Assembly: GCA_036269995.1 (NCBI GenBank)
Contig: DATBDJ010000014.1
Coordinates: forward strand, 36,785 to 100,784
Direction of reading: 5' to 3'
Source: Candidatus Udaeobacter sp.
Lineage (GTDB): Bacteria; Verrucomicrobiota; Verrucomicrobiia; Chthoniobacterales; UBA10450
DNA: 64,000 nt
Part shown: piece after piece, positions 8,306 to 17,899 of the stretch
Numbering within the stretch: position 1 is the stretch's first letter
How the letters are laid out: every line of letters starts with the position of its first letter
The notes under the pieces: generated by a model
Database searches by the model: none
What the model saw: the letters and a program-made list of their open reading frames with translations, nothing else
Told to the model about the DNA's origin: nothing
Program-made: the position numbers and the translations under genes

Positions 8306-10465
8306 TCACCTGCGTTGGTGCGGCAGGCCAGCGGGAGCTTTCTTATTTTCTTGCGGCGCGATGCCGATCTTTTTTAGGAACGGCTGGACCGATTGTTTAC
8401 GGCCGAGGAATTTTTCGATCGAGACGGTGACGTCACGAGAGTCGCCGGGTTCATAGATTTCATGACGCAACTTTAAACCCGCTTGTTTGTCGAGGTAGCC
8501 GTCCTTCGCCTTTTCAAACACGGTTGCCATGTCCGCAGCGATCGCGTCCGCCCATGCGTAGCCGTAATAGCCGGCGTCGTAGCCGTTCAAGTGACCGAAA
8601 TAGGACACGAAAGTCGTGCTTGGATCGATTGGTAGAAAGACTTTTTCGAGAATCGGATTCGAAATGGCGATGCAATCATAAGGCATGTCTTCCGGGTGTG
8701 GATCGTGCAGGGCAAGATCGAGTGACGCGAAGGCGAATTGGCGACGATAATAAACGCCGGCATTAGCGAGCTTGGCGTCATTCATTTGTTTCACAATGTC
8801 GGCTGGGATCTTCTTTGATGGATCGTGGTAATCGGCTGCGAACGTGTCGAGCACTCTCTTGTCCCAGACCCAATTCTGCAGCATCTGAGACGGCGCTTCG
8901 ACGAAATCCCCCGGCACATGTGTCCCTGCGAAACGTCCGTACTTGGCACGAGTGACAATCGAATTCAGACAGTGACCGAACTCGTGGAACAGCGTTTCCA
9001 CGTCCTGGTGGGTCATCAACGACGGCGTGTCGCCGTTCGGCGGCGGAAAATTGCAAAGCAAAGCGACGGTCGGCCGCTGGTATTTGCCGTCTGGCAACAG
9101 TTTACCGCCGACAATTTCAAATTCCGCGAAGTGATTGAATTTTCCCTGGCGCGGGAACATATCGAGGTAAAACAATCCCAGCGGCTCACCCGTGTTGGAA
9201 TCAGTTACGGCGTGAAGCTGGAGATCGTCGATCCATTTATTAGCGGCGGCGATCTTCTCAAATTTCAGCCCGAAGATGTTCTGGTAGATGTTGAACATAC
9301 CATCCAACACTTTTTGAAACGGGAAGAACGCGCGCAATGCTTCCTTGTCGACAGAGTATTTCTGTTTGTCGCGCTTGTTGCTGTAGTAACGCCAGTCCCA
9401 CACCATGAGGCGCGCCGTGGGATCATTCGTCTCCTCGGCTTTTAATTTTTGTAATTCAGCCACTTCGCTGTCGAACTTCGGCTGGCTGCCGGTGACCAGA
9501 TCGTTGATGTATTTTTCCGCGTTCCCGCCGGTTTTGGCCATTTTGACTTCGGTCTGGTAGTCGTCCCACGATTTGTAGCCGAGCCGCAACGCAATCTTGT
9601 TACGTAACGTGAGCATCTGGTCGAGAACGGAAACGTTGGTGTCTTTGGCGAGTGTCTCGCGAATCACGTAAAGCTGTTTTCGTGTCGCTTCGGGCTTCGC
9701 ATTTTCCTCCACAGTGTTGAATTGCCAGGTCACGTTTGCCATCACGGTGTAAACGTCGTCTCCGGTCTTGATACCTGACGAGCCGAGAAAGCTCTCGGGA
9801 ACGCCATTCAAGTCAGCCTTTGTGAACATAACGGGCGCGATCGCCTTCATGATGTTGCTGTCGAAATCGGTGCCGAGCTTCGACAGTTCTTTACGTAATT
9901 CTTCGACTTCATTCCGTTGATCAGACGGCAACTCCAGACCGGCGCGTCGATAATCGCGCAACGTCTCCTTGAGCAGTTTTTCGTCTTCACCGGTGAGTTT
10001 CGGATGCGTATCGGCAAAAGCTTTGATCGCTTTATAAACGTCCTCGCGATAATCGACTCCGACCGCCCATTCCTGGTACGTCTTGACGGCATTTTCCGCG
10101 GCGGCGCGCATTGCCGGATTCGTGTTTGTTTCTTTGATAAGCGCGGCTCGGTTCGCAGCATTTGCAGCCTGATAGGTCAGGTCATCAAGTGCGACGACAG
10201 TGCTCGTAAACGTGACCTTGCCGAGGTCCTGCGAACCGATCTTCTCCAGGGCGGAATTGGCCTTTGCGATCGCAGCTTTCGTTGAAGCGTCGACTGCTTC
10301 CGGCGTCTGTTCCCAATCAGGAACTGTCAGTATCGCGTTTGCTTTCGCAGCAGCCGCGCGAAAATCATCAACCGTTTTTTCCTGGGCGTGTGAAATGAGT
10401 GGGCAAATCACTGCCGTCACGACCGAGATACTAAGCAACAAATCTTTCAGTGAGTTTTTGAACAT
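8306..10465 (-). CDS. M3 family zinc metallopeptidase (oligopeptidase A / Dcp-like), secreted
   Basis: HEFGH zinc motif (TLFHEFGHCLN). A signal-peptide-like N-terminus begins at the ATG at 10465 (MFKNSLKDLLLSISVVTAVICPLISHA). The ORF track extends 9 codons further, to 10492. Confidence 0.9.
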   Translation of the reverse strand: MFKNSLKDLLLSISVVTAVICPLISHAQEKTVDDFRAAAAKANAILTVPDWEQTPEAVDASTKAAIAKANSALEKIGSQDLGKVTFTSTVVALDDLTYQAANAANRAALIKETNTNPAMRAAAENAVKTYQEWAVGVDYREDVYKAIKAFADTHPKLTGEDEKLLKETLRDYRRAGLELPSDQRNEVEELRKELSKLGTDFDSNIMKAIAPVMFTKADLNGVPESFLGSSGIKTGDDVYTVMANVTWQFNTVEENAKPEATRKQLYVIRETLAKDTNVSVLDQMLTLRNKIALRLGYKSWDDYQTEVKMAKTGGNAEKYINDLVTGSQPKFDSEVAELQKLKAEETNDPTARLMVWDWRYYSNKRDKQKYSVDKEALRAFFPFQKVLDGMFNIYQNIFGLKFEKIAAANKWIDDLQLHAVTDSNTGEPLGLFYLDMFPRQGKFNHFAEFEIVGGKLLPDGKYQRPTVALLCNFPPPNGDTPSLMTHQDVETLFHEFGHCLNSIVTRAKYGRFAGTHVPGDFVEAPSQMLQNWVWDKRVLDTFAADYHDPSKKIPADIVKQMNDAKLANAGVYYRRQFAFASLDLALHDPHPEDMPYDCIAISNPILEKVFLPIDPSTTFVSYFGHLNGYDAGYYGYAWADAIAADMATVFEKAKDGYLDKQAGLKLRHEIYEPGDSRDVTVSIEKFLGRKQSVQPFLKKIGIAPQENKKAPAGLPHQRR

Positions 10466-10598
10466 AAGAGTGTGAGAGCTAAATCGGGCCAAAGATTTAC
10501 ACAGTTTTCGCCAGATGGCAGAAGGAATTTTGGTGAAACCCTCTCTTGTCTGTGTTCACCTGTGGCGAGACACGCTGTTTGCGTTGGATGCGCCCGCC

Positions 10599-11171
10599 AT
10601 GATCCACAAATTCTTTGTTGCTTTCATCCCGATTTTTGTCGCAATCGATGCAATCGGACTTGTGGCAATGTTTATGGGTCTCGCGGGGAACGCTTCGCGC
10701 GAAGAGAGGCACCGCCAGGGATTAATAGGAATTTTCACGGCGCTTTGTATTGCCGTGGGTTTTATGTTCCTCGGCAAAATAATTTTCGTCGCGCTGGGGA
10801 TAACCGTTGCGGACTTTCAAGTTGCAGGCGGTCTGATCCTGCTCGGGCTGGCAGGCCGCGAATTGCTCAACGTCGGGTCAGTCGACCGTGGGGCGAGTGA
10901 AGACTTTGGCGTTGTTCCACTCGGGATGCCGTTAATCGCCGGGCCGGCGCTGCTAACTGCATTGCTGATTCTCGTGGATACAGTCGGTTTAGTGTTCACG
11001 CTGATCTCACTTTTGATCAATCTTGCCTTGGTTGCGGTCGCATTTTGGAATGCCGATTACGTCGCGCATTGGATGGGCAGGCAAGGCTTGCGAGGCGTAT
11101 CGAAAATAGTCGCGCTCCTTCTAGCCGCGATTGCCGTCAGCCTTATTCGCCGCGGCTGGCATGGCGTTTAA
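10599..11171 (+). CDS. MarC family (UPF0056) integral membrane protein
   Basis: From the ATG at 10599 the protein starts MIHKFFVAFIPIFVAIDAIG, a typical MarC N-terminus, and has about 6 TM segments. The ORF-track start at 10515 adds 28 non-hydrophobic residues. Confidence 0.8.
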   Translation: MIHKFFVAFIPIFVAIDAIGLVAMFMGLAGNASREERHRQGLIGIFTALCIAVGFMFLGKIIFVALGITVADFQVAGGLILLGLAGRELLNVGSVDRGASEDFGVVPLGMPLIAGPALLTALLILVDTVGLVFTLISLLINLALVAVAFWNADYVAHWMGRQGLRGVSKIVALLLAAIAVSLIRRGWHGV

Positions 11172-11250
11172 CACACCCGAACGCCTCTGGGCGTCCAAAC
11201 TAATTGGCGCTCCGACATCTGTCGGCTGCACGACTTCGATCTGGCTAAAA

Positions 11251-11658
11251 CTAAAGCGTCTCGAAACGTGCGCCGCTGGCGATGTGTCGACGTGACGAGG
11301 GCCAGAACTCCTTTAACTCGGCGCTCTTGTCACCGCTTTGATAACGACGATTAAGCTCGGTTTCAATCGCCTTAATCTCATCCTGCTGAGGCAGTGGCAT
11401 CCCGTTGTAGATATACGCCGGCACCTCGTTGCGGTTCCGCGTGAAAGGCACTGTGGCGTACAAATCCAAGCGACGGTGCTGCAGTGCTGCAGTGGTCCAG
11501 TTTCTGTAAACCGGATTTACATAACCCCAAGCCTCCGGCGTTCTGGCGTAACGGTCGTACGGATAGCCGCCGGTCACTGCGGGACCCGGAGGTGGCGCAG
11601 GCTGTTCGGCGCAGCCGAAAACGCTGGCGGCTACTGCTGCTAAAAATAATTTCTTCAT
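11251..11658 (-). CDS. lipoprotein of unknown function
   Basis: 135 aa. MKKLFLAAVAASVFGC is a signal peptide with a lipobox cysteine. Confidence 0.7.
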   Translation of the reverse strand: MKKLFLAAVAASVFGCAEQPAPPPGPAVTGGYPYDRYARTPEAWGYVNPVYRNWTTAALQHRRLDLYATVPFTRNRNEVPAYIYNGMPLPQQDEIKAIETELNRRYQSGDKSAELKEFWPSSRRHIASGARFETL

Positions 11659-11833
11659 GTTGCTTTATAGCTCCCTTCTAGAGACAGACTTGCAGGCATT
11701 TAACCACACAAATCCCCTGCGGTCGCAGCTTTATTTGCTTTTCGACAACCGGCAGTGTCGTTTGCTCGATTAAAGTCCAAACGAGGGTCGGTGGTCGATT
11801 CAGATTAGCACACTGAGCAGTTGGCTCGGGGTG

Positions 11834-11861
11834 TTGACACACTGGAACGCCCTGTTACTAT
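11834..11861 (+). promoter_or_regulatory. candidate sigma70-type promoter for hpnH-shc (TTGACA-N16-TACTAT)
   Basis: TTGACA at 11834-11839 and TACTAT at 11856-11861. The hpnH ATG (11872) lies only 10 nt past the -10 box, which would give a leaderless or near-leaderless mRNA. Confidence 0.4.
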
Positions 11862-11871
11862 CCTCGCTCCT

Positions 11872-13173
11872 ATGAGGTTTCCGCTCCCACTTACAGCGAA
11901 AATCGCGGCATACGTGATCGGCCATAAACTCCGTGGCACTAAGAAATTCGCCACGGTGCTTCAGTTGGAGCCGTTGCACACGTGTAACCTGACGTGCACC
12001 GGTTGCGGGCGGATTCGCGAATACTCCACCTCGCTCAAGGATATGATGAGGTTGGAGGACTGCCTGGCCGCTGCGATGGAATGCAATGCCCCAATGGTCT
12101 CAATCTGCGGAGGGGAGCCGCTCATCTATCCGCATATTGAGGCGCTGGTAGATGGGTTGCTGGCTCAGAAGCGAATCGTTTACATCTGCACAAATGCCAT
12201 GTTCATGCGTAAAAAAATGCGCGAATGGCTGACGAAAGAATTGCGGAATGCCGACACGCGCAAGCGGAAGGATTTGCATGAGAAAATCGCGGCGTTGCAA
12301 TCGCAGGCCCTGCTTTCGGAGAAGGACGCATCAGCAATTCGCAATCCGCAAACCGCAGTCCGGGATCATGTGATCGCTCCAGGCAAATGGATGTATTGGA
12401 ACGTGCACGTCGATGGGCTCGAGCGAACGCACGACCTGATCGTAGAACGTGAGGGAGTTTTCAAGGAATGCATTCTCGCGATCAAAATGGCGAAGCTGCT
12501 GGGGTACCAGGTTGCGACTAACACGACAGTCTACAAGGAAACCGATGTGCGCGAGATCGAACAAATGTTCGACTACTTGTCCGATCTCGGCGTTGATGGG
12601 CACACAATTACACCCGGTTACGACTACGACGCCGCGAAGAAAGACATGGTCAAGCGGCTAAGTTTGCAGCCTGAAAACTTCTTTCTCACCCGTGCAATGA
12701 CAATTGAGAAGTTTCGGAAAGTCGAGGAGTGGATGAAGCGATACACATTCCTCGGCACACCGGTGTATTTTGAGTTTCTCGCAGGGAAACGTGATTTGAC
12801 CTGTTCAGCATGGGCGATTCCGACCCGGAACATCCGCGGGTGGAAAGGGCCATGTTATTTGATGACCGACGGACATTTCTCGACTTACGCGGAGCTGTTG
12901 GAAAAGACGGAATGGGACAGGTACGGCGTCGTTAACGGCGTGGCTCGTGACAGCCGCTGCGAAAATTGCATGGTGCACTGTGGCTATGAACCGACGGCCA
13001 CCCTGGGGTTGCAATCCCAACGCGGCGACACGTGGAAAACCATCAAATTTAACTTTGGTCCGAAACCGAAACGGAGTGGGCGCGGGAGTGAAGTTCTCGC
13101 CTTTAACGGGGTCAGTTCGGGAAATGGTCACGCCAGCGGCGAGCGCGCAGAAGCACGTGCGCAAGCTTCGTGA
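11872..13173 (+). CDS. hpnH: adenosyl-hopene transferase, radical SAM (HpnH)
   Basis: CNLTCTGCG radical-SAM cluster about 35 aa from the ATG at 11872. Family-typical blocks are present: VSICGGEPL, YICTNA, VHVDG, ITPGYDY, FLAG...C..W..PTRN..GW..PCYL, CMVHCGYEP. The stop overlaps the shc start (ATGA). Confidence 0.9.
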   Translation: MRFPLPLTAKIAAYVIGHKLRGTKKFATVLQLEPLHTCNLTCTGCGRIREYSTSLKDMMRLEDCLAAAMECNAPMVSICGGEPLIYPHIEALVDGLLAQKRIVYICTNAMFMRKKMREWLTKELRNADTRKRKDLHEKIAALQSQALLSEKDASAIRNPQTAVRDHVIAPGKWMYWNVHVDGLERTHDLIVEREGVFKECILAIKMAKLLGYQVATNTTVYKETDVREIEQMFDYLSDLGVDGHTITPGYDYDAAKKDMVKRLSLQPENFFLTRAMTIEKFRKVEEWMKRYTFLGTPVYFEFLAGKRDLTCSAWAIPTRNIRGWKGPCYLMTDGHFSTYAELLEKTEWDRYGVVNGVARDSRCENCMVHCGYEPTATLGLQSQRGDTWKTIKFNFGPKPKRSGRGSEVLAFNGVSSGNGHASGERAEARAQAS

Positions 13174-15191
13174 TGGCTGACGGCAGCCCAATCGGTAAGC
13201 GAATGCGCTCGGCCGACGTAATATCATTGGCAGCCACACGGCCAGATCTGACGGAGTCTTACTCCCCGAATGAGGAAGAGCTTTCGGTGGCGATCAAGCG
13301 CGCGCAGGACAATTTGCTACGCCAACAAAAATCTGACGGCCACTGGTGTGGCGAGCTCATCGTCGATAGCACACTTTGCTCGGATTACGTCTTGTTCATG
13401 CATTGGTGTGGCGAAGTAGACGCACAATTGCAGCGGCGCTGCGTCCAGCACATCCTCAAGCGCCAGCTGCCCGATGGCGGCTGGAATATTTACCACGGCG
13501 GCCCGAGCGAGATTAATGCATCGGTAAAGGCGTACTTTGCGCTGAAACTCGCCGGTTGTTCACTGGATGCGCCTTTCATGCGCGAGGCCCGGGCCAACAT
13601 CATGCGCCGCGGCGGCATTCCGCAGATGAATACGTTCAGCAAACTTTACCTGGCGTTACTCGGCCAATTTCCGTGGAAATATCTCCCTGCGATACCCGTC
13701 GAGATGGTGCTCTTGCCAAGCTGGGCGCCGTTTCACATCTATAAAATGTCATCGTGGAGCCGGGCCATGCTCGTTCCATTGGCAATCATCAATCATTTCA
13801 AGCCGACGCGGGTTTTGCCCGGCGAAAAGCAGTTGCATGAGCTGTACCCGCTTGGCACTGAGCAGAGCGATTTGCGATTGCCGCGCAGCGAAAAATTTTG
13901 GACGTGGCGCAATTTCTTTTTGCGCTTGGATGATTGTTTCAAATTCTTGTCACCGCTGCGGATGAGGCCGCTCAGACGAATGGCGCTGGAAGAAACGGAG
14001 CGCTGGATGTGTCAAAGGATTGGGGAAGGCAGCGGTGGGCTGGCCGCGGTTTATCCAGCGATGCTCAACTGCATGATTGCGCTGCGCGTGCTCGGTTACA
14101 CGAAAACAAATCCGGTTTACGTTAAGGCTGAAAAAGACTTCGCCGGACTCTTTGTCGATGATCAGGAGGACTTTCGCATTCAACCTTGTTTGTCTCCCGT
14201 CTGGGACACCGCCATCAGCGTCATTTCGCTCGCGGAATCCGGGCTTCCGGCTGAGCACCCTGCATTGCAGAAAGCGGGTGACTGGCTCATCGGCAAAGAA
14301 GTGCGGATTCGCGGCGATTGGGCAGTAAACAATCCGTATGCTCAAGCGAGCGGTTGGGCGTTCGAGTACAACAACGTTTATTACCCGGATACCGACGACA
14401 CTGCGATGGTGTTAATGGCATTGAGGCTTGTTCAACCGAAAGAGCGCCAGTCACTCAACGAGCTCTTTCGGCGGGCTTTGGGCTGGCAGTTGAGCTTCCA
14501 ATGTCGCGACGGCGGCTGGGCAGCCTTCGACAAGAACGTAACGACGCCTTGGCTTGAAGACATGCCGTTTGCCGACCACAACGCGATTCTCGATCCGACC
14601 TGTAGTGATTTAACTGCGCGAACGCTTGAGCTGCTCGGCTATATTGGCTTCGATCGTAACGCCAAATGCGTCCGTGATGCGATCAAGTACCTCATCGATA
14701 CTCAACATGATGACGGCTCGTGGTATGGGCGCTGGGGCGTCAATTACATCTACGGCACGTGGCAGGTGCTTCGCGGCCTGCGCGCTATCGGCGAGGACAT
14801 GACCCAGGACTGGGTTTTGCGCGGCCGTGACTGGCTCGAGAGTTGCCAAAACAACGACGGCGGCTGGGGTGAGACCTGCGGCACTTATGAAAATCCGTCG
14901 GGCAAAGGAATTGGCGATAGCACGGCATCGCAAACGGCATGGGCCGTTATGGGTATTTGTGCCTGCGGCGATGTCGACCGGCCAAGTATTCAGCGAGGAT
15001 TGGATTACCTGCTTCGCTCGCAAAAATCCGATGGTTCGTGGGACGAGGAGCAAATCACGGGGACCGGTTTTCCGCGCGTGTTTTATCTGAAATACGACAT
15101 GTATCGCCAGAACTTCCCGCTGCTCGCGCTCGCCACTTACGTCAATTGTCGCAATGGCGATCGGCCCAGTTTCTACCGCTGCGACAATTAA
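13170..15191 (+). CDS. shc: squalene-hopene cyclase
   Basis: 673 aa with the catalytic DxDD motif (YPDTDDTAMV) and multiple QW repeats (QKSDGHW, QLPDGGW, QCRDGGW, QHDDGSW, QNNDGGW, QKSDGSW). Confidence 0.95.
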   Translation: MMADGSPIGKRMRSADVISLAATRPDLTESYSPNEEELSVAIKRAQDNLLRQQKSDGHWCGELIVDSTLCSDYVLFMHWCGEVDAQLQRRCVQHILKRQLPDGGWNIYHGGPSEINASVKAYFALKLAGCSLDAPFMREARANIMRRGGIPQMNTFSKLYLALLGQFPWKYLPAIPVEMVLLPSWAPFHIYKMSSWSRAMLVPLAIINHFKPTRVLPGEKQLHELYPLGTEQSDLRLPRSEKFWTWRNFFLRLDDCFKFLSPLRMRPLRRMALEETERWMCQRIGEGSGGLAAVYPAMLNCMIALRVLGYTKTNPVYVKAEKDFAGLFVDDQEDFRIQPCLSPVWDTAISVISLAESGLPAEHPALQKAGDWLIGKEVRIRGDWAVNNPYAQASGWAFEYNNVYYPDTDDTAMVLMALRLVQPKERQSLNELFRRALGWQLSFQCRDGGWAAFDKNVTTPWLEDMPFADHNAILDPTCSDLTARTLELLGYIGFDRNAKCVRDAIKYLIDTQHDDGSWYGRWGVNYIYGTWQVLRGLRAIGEDMTQDWVLRGRDWLESCQNNDGGWGETCGTYENPSGKGIGDSTASQTAWAVMGICACGDVDRPSIQRGLDYLLRSQKSDGSWDEEQITGTGFPRVFYLKYDMYRQNFPLLALATYVNCRNGDRPSFYRCDN

Positions 15192-15193
15192 AC

Positions 15194-15341
15194 TTTCATT
15201 GACACCGCGCTTCAGCGCGGTGCGACACTGAAAGGATTGCCGCGACCGCTTCAGCGGTTTCCACCGTTTGAGCGACTGCTAAAGCAATTCGAAAGCCGGA
15301 GCACAGAGACGACGCCTCGCTGAAGCGCGGTGTTAATGAAA
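15194..15341. repeat. MITE/REP-like 148-bp element, copy A
   Basis: Terminal inverted repeats TTTCATTGACACCGCGC ... GCGCGGTGTTAATGAAA. Internal hairpins are CACCGCGC-TTCA-GCGCGGTG (15203-15222) and ACCGC-TTCA-GCGGT. A second copy lies at 52704..52853. Confidence 0.75.
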
Positions 15342-15383
15342 TAAGCTGTTGCGCTGGGGTAATTCGATCTGACTGTAAACATT

Positions 15384-15998
15384 ATGGCTTACGAATTACC
15401 AAAATTACCTTATCCGTACGATGCCTTGGAGCCGCACGTTGATGCGCGCACAATGGAAATCCATTACACAAAGCATCACCAAGCTTACGTCGATAATCTG
15501 AACAAGGCCGTCAAAGGCAAAGCCGATCTCGAAGGCAAACCGGTGGAAGATTTAATCAGGGACCTTAGTGCCGTACCGGAAGACATCCGCACAGCGGTGC
15601 GCAATAACGGCGGCGGCCATGCTAATCATTCGTTCTTTTGGAAAATTATGGGATCGAATGCCGGCGGTGAACCGACAGGCAAACTCGCCGATGACATGAA
15701 ATCGACATTCGGCAGCTTCGATGATTTTAAAGAAAAATTAGCCACCGCTGCAGCGGGCCGCTTTGGCAGCGGTTGGGCCTGGCTGGTCGTGAATAATGGG
15801 AAGCTGGCGATTTGTTCCACTGCCAATCAGGACAGTCCTCTCATGGGCAAAGCCGTTGCTGGATGCGAAGGCAAGCCGGTGCTGGGCATCGACGTGTGGG
15901 AGCACGCTTACTATCTGAAATACCAAAACCGCCGTCCTGATTACGTCAAAGCCTGGTGGAATGTGGTGAACTGGGACGCCGTCGCGAAGAATTATTGA
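15384..15998 (+). CDS. Fe/Mn superoxide dismutase
   Basis: 204 aa with [25 protein letters not shown] and [19 protein letters not shown], the family hallmarks. Confidence 0.95.
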   Translation: MAYELPKLPYPYDALEPHVDARTMEIHYTKHHQAYVDNLNKAVKGKADLEGKPVEDLIRDLSAVPEDIRTAVRNNGGGHANHSFFWKIMGSNAGGEPTGKLADDMKSTFGSFDDFKEKLATAAAGRFGSGWAWLVVNNGKLAICSTANQDSPLMGKAVAGCEGKPVLGIDVWEHAYYLKYQNRRPDYVKAWWNVVNWDAVAKNY

Positions 15999-16020
15999 TT
16001 CCGGATTAGGCGTTTTAAAT

Positions 16021-16043
16021 CGCGGCGGTCTGTGACCGCCGCG
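16021..16043 (+). terminator. stem-loop downstream of the SOD gene
   Basis: Perfect 10-bp GC-rich stem CGCGGCGGTC-TGT-GACCGCCGCG, 23 nt after the stop. It has no clean U-tract and a very short loop. Confidence 0.45.
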
Positions 16044-16087
16044 AAAGTTGTACGGCCTCAGCGGTTATACGCCTCGACTACAGCAAA

Positions 16088-17323
16088 ATGGCTTACTTGA
16101 ACGAAAACTATCTGAAGCTTCAGGCTGGATACCTGTTTCCCGAAGTCGCACGCCGCGTGCGCGAATTTTGCGAATCCAATCCAGAAGCTGCAAACAGACT
16201 AATTCGTTGTGGGATCGGTGATGTGACTGAGCCGCTACCACCGGTCGTGATTGAGGCGATGAAACACGCCGTCGATGAGCTCGGCCGCGACGAAACATTT
16301 CGCGGTTACGGTCCTGAACAGGGGTACGACTTCCTGCGATCGAAAATTGCGCAGCACGATTATCGCGATCGCAACATGGAGATTGCTGATGATGAAATTT
16401 TTGTCTCCGACGGATCGAAATGCGATTGCGGTCACATCCTCGACATTCTCGGCGACCAAAACAAAGTTGCGGTGCCCGATCCGGTTTATCCTGCGTACGT
16501 CGACACAAATGTGATGGCCGGTCACACCGGGCCAGCCAGAAAAGACGGGAGCTATGAAGCGCTGGTTTATTTGCCGTGTAATGCTGAAAACAATTTTGTG
16601 CCGGACCCGCCACGGGAGCACGTCGATCTCGTTTACCTTTGTTTTCCTAACAATCCGACCGGCGCGACCGCCTCGCGCACGCAACTGTCGCGTTGGGTCG
16701 ACTACGCGCGCGAGCATGAGGCGCTTCTGCTGTTTGATGCTGCTTATGAGGCCTACATTTCCGACGAGGAGATTCCGCATTCAATCTTCGAAGTGCCCGG
16801 CGCGCGCGAATGCGCCGTCGAGTTCCGCAGTTTTTCCAAGAACGGGGGTTTCACCGGTGTGCGCTGCGGGTTTACTGTAATGCCGAAATCAATCGTCGCG
16901 CGGACGGAGAACGGTCGCCGACTACCGCTTCATCCACTTTGGAACCGCCGTTGGAGCACCAAGTCCAACGGCGTCAGTTATCCGGTCCAACGCGGCGCCG
17001 AGGCGTTGTATTCACACGAAGGCCGCAAGCAGGTGCGCTTGCTCATCCGTCATTACATGGACAACGCAAAACTACTCCGCGACGCTGCAACAAGTGTTGG
17101 TTTGGACGTGTTCGGGGGGGTAAACGCCCCTTATCTGTGGGTGAAAACACTCCAAGGCCTTTCGAGCTGGGAAATGTTCGAGCGAATGTTGCGCGAATTG
17201 AATGTGGTCATAACTCCAGGCGTTGGTTTTGGAGCGCAGGGCGAAGGGTATTTTCGCATTTCCGCGTTTAACAGTCGCGCAAACGCAGAGGAGGTATCGC
17301 GTCGGTTGCGCGACCTGCAGTGA
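16088..17323 (+). CDS. dapL: LL-diaminopimelate aminotransferase
   Basis: 411 aa with N-terminus [20 protein letters not shown], plus [39 protein letters not shown] and [14 protein letters not shown] (PLP lysine context). Confidence 0.9.
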   Translation: MAYLNENYLKLQAGYLFPEVARRVREFCESNPEAANRLIRCGIGDVTEPLPPVVIEAMKHAVDELGRDETFRGYGPEQGYDFLRSKIAQHDYRDRNMEIADDEIFVSDGSKCDCGHILDILGDQNKVAVPDPVYPAYVDTNVMAGHTGPARKDGSYEALVYLPCNAENNFVPDPPREHVDLVYLCFPNNPTGATASRTQLSRWVDYAREHEALLLFDAAYEAYISDEEIPHSIFEVPGARECAVEFRSFSKNGGFTGVRCGFTVMPKSIVARTENGRRLPLHPLWNRRWSTKSNGVSYPVQRGAEALYSHEGRKQVRLLIRHYMDNAKLLRDAATSVGLDVFGGVNAPYLWVKTLQGLSSWEMFERMLRELNVVITPGVGFGAQGEGYFRISAFNSRANAEEVSRRLRDLQ

Positions 17324-17398
17324 TGCCGCAGGAGTCGCTGTTCGCTGTGTCGGCGCATCGGTTGACCAACCCTTGTCGATCATCAGGACCCGCGTAGA

Positions 17399-17899
17399 GT
17401 GCGCAGAATTTTGGGCGTGCCGGATCGAAAACAAAATCTGCCGCAACTGTATCGTTTGTGTTTCCTGATGCTGGGGGATGCGGCCAAGGCGCAGGAAGTG
17501 TTTCACACCACCCTGCGCGAAGCCGCCGTACGCGCCGCGCACGGGGAATTGCCGAAGGAGAAGTTTTGGCTTTTCCGCGACGTGCGCTGGCGTTGTCTCG
17601 AGGCAACTAAAACCGATTTGCAGCCGGAGCCGCTGAAGCTCGAGGAGAAGGACCTCACTGCCCAGGCGGCATCGCAGGTGGAGCGACTCGATTCCGCACA
17701 ACTCGCAATTTGGATTTCCGCTGCGCCCGACCCCCAACGGAGCGCGCTGGCGCTTTTTTACCTCGACGAATTCGATTATGCCGAAATTCTCGACATCGCC
17801 GAGCTCAAGCTGGGCGAGCTGTCGCGCCTTCTAGCCCAGGGCCGCCGGCAGTTGCAGGCATGGCTGGACGCGAGGTTTGCTGAATCACGTAGCGTATGA
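17399..17899 (+). CDS. ECF-type sigma-70 family factor (divergent)
   Basis: 166 aa with a GTG start. Region-4-like segment RSALALFYLDEFDYAEILDIAELKLGELSRLLAQGRRQL and a degenerate region-2-like N-terminus. ATGA overlap with the next gene. Confidence 0.6.
   Translation: MRRILGVPDRKQNLPQLYRLCFLMLGDAAKAQEVFHTTLREAAVRAAHGELPKEKFWLFRDVRWRCLEATKTDLQPEPLKLEEKDLTAQAASQVERLDSAQLAIWISAAPDPQRSALALFYLDEFDYAEILDIAELKLGELSRLLAQGRRQLQAWLDARFAESRSV

Noticed and set aside
11821-11871. Upstream TTG start for hpnH
   Set aside because: The 17 extra residues are not HpnH-like and contain the promoter-like TTGACA-N16-TACTAT. The ATG at 11872 gives the usual distance to the CxxxCxxC motif. The upstream start is not fully excluded.
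16065-17737. Long antisense or alternative-frame ORFs inside dapL and its 3' flank (16065..16613, 16235..16780, 17072..17737). The same phenomenon occurs at 26209..26697, 29206..29715, 50169..50741 and 7260..7778.
   Set aside because: These are shadow ORFs typical of GC-rich coding DNA. They fully overlap genes with strong family signatures and have Arg/Ser/Cys/Pro-rich, low-complexity translations.
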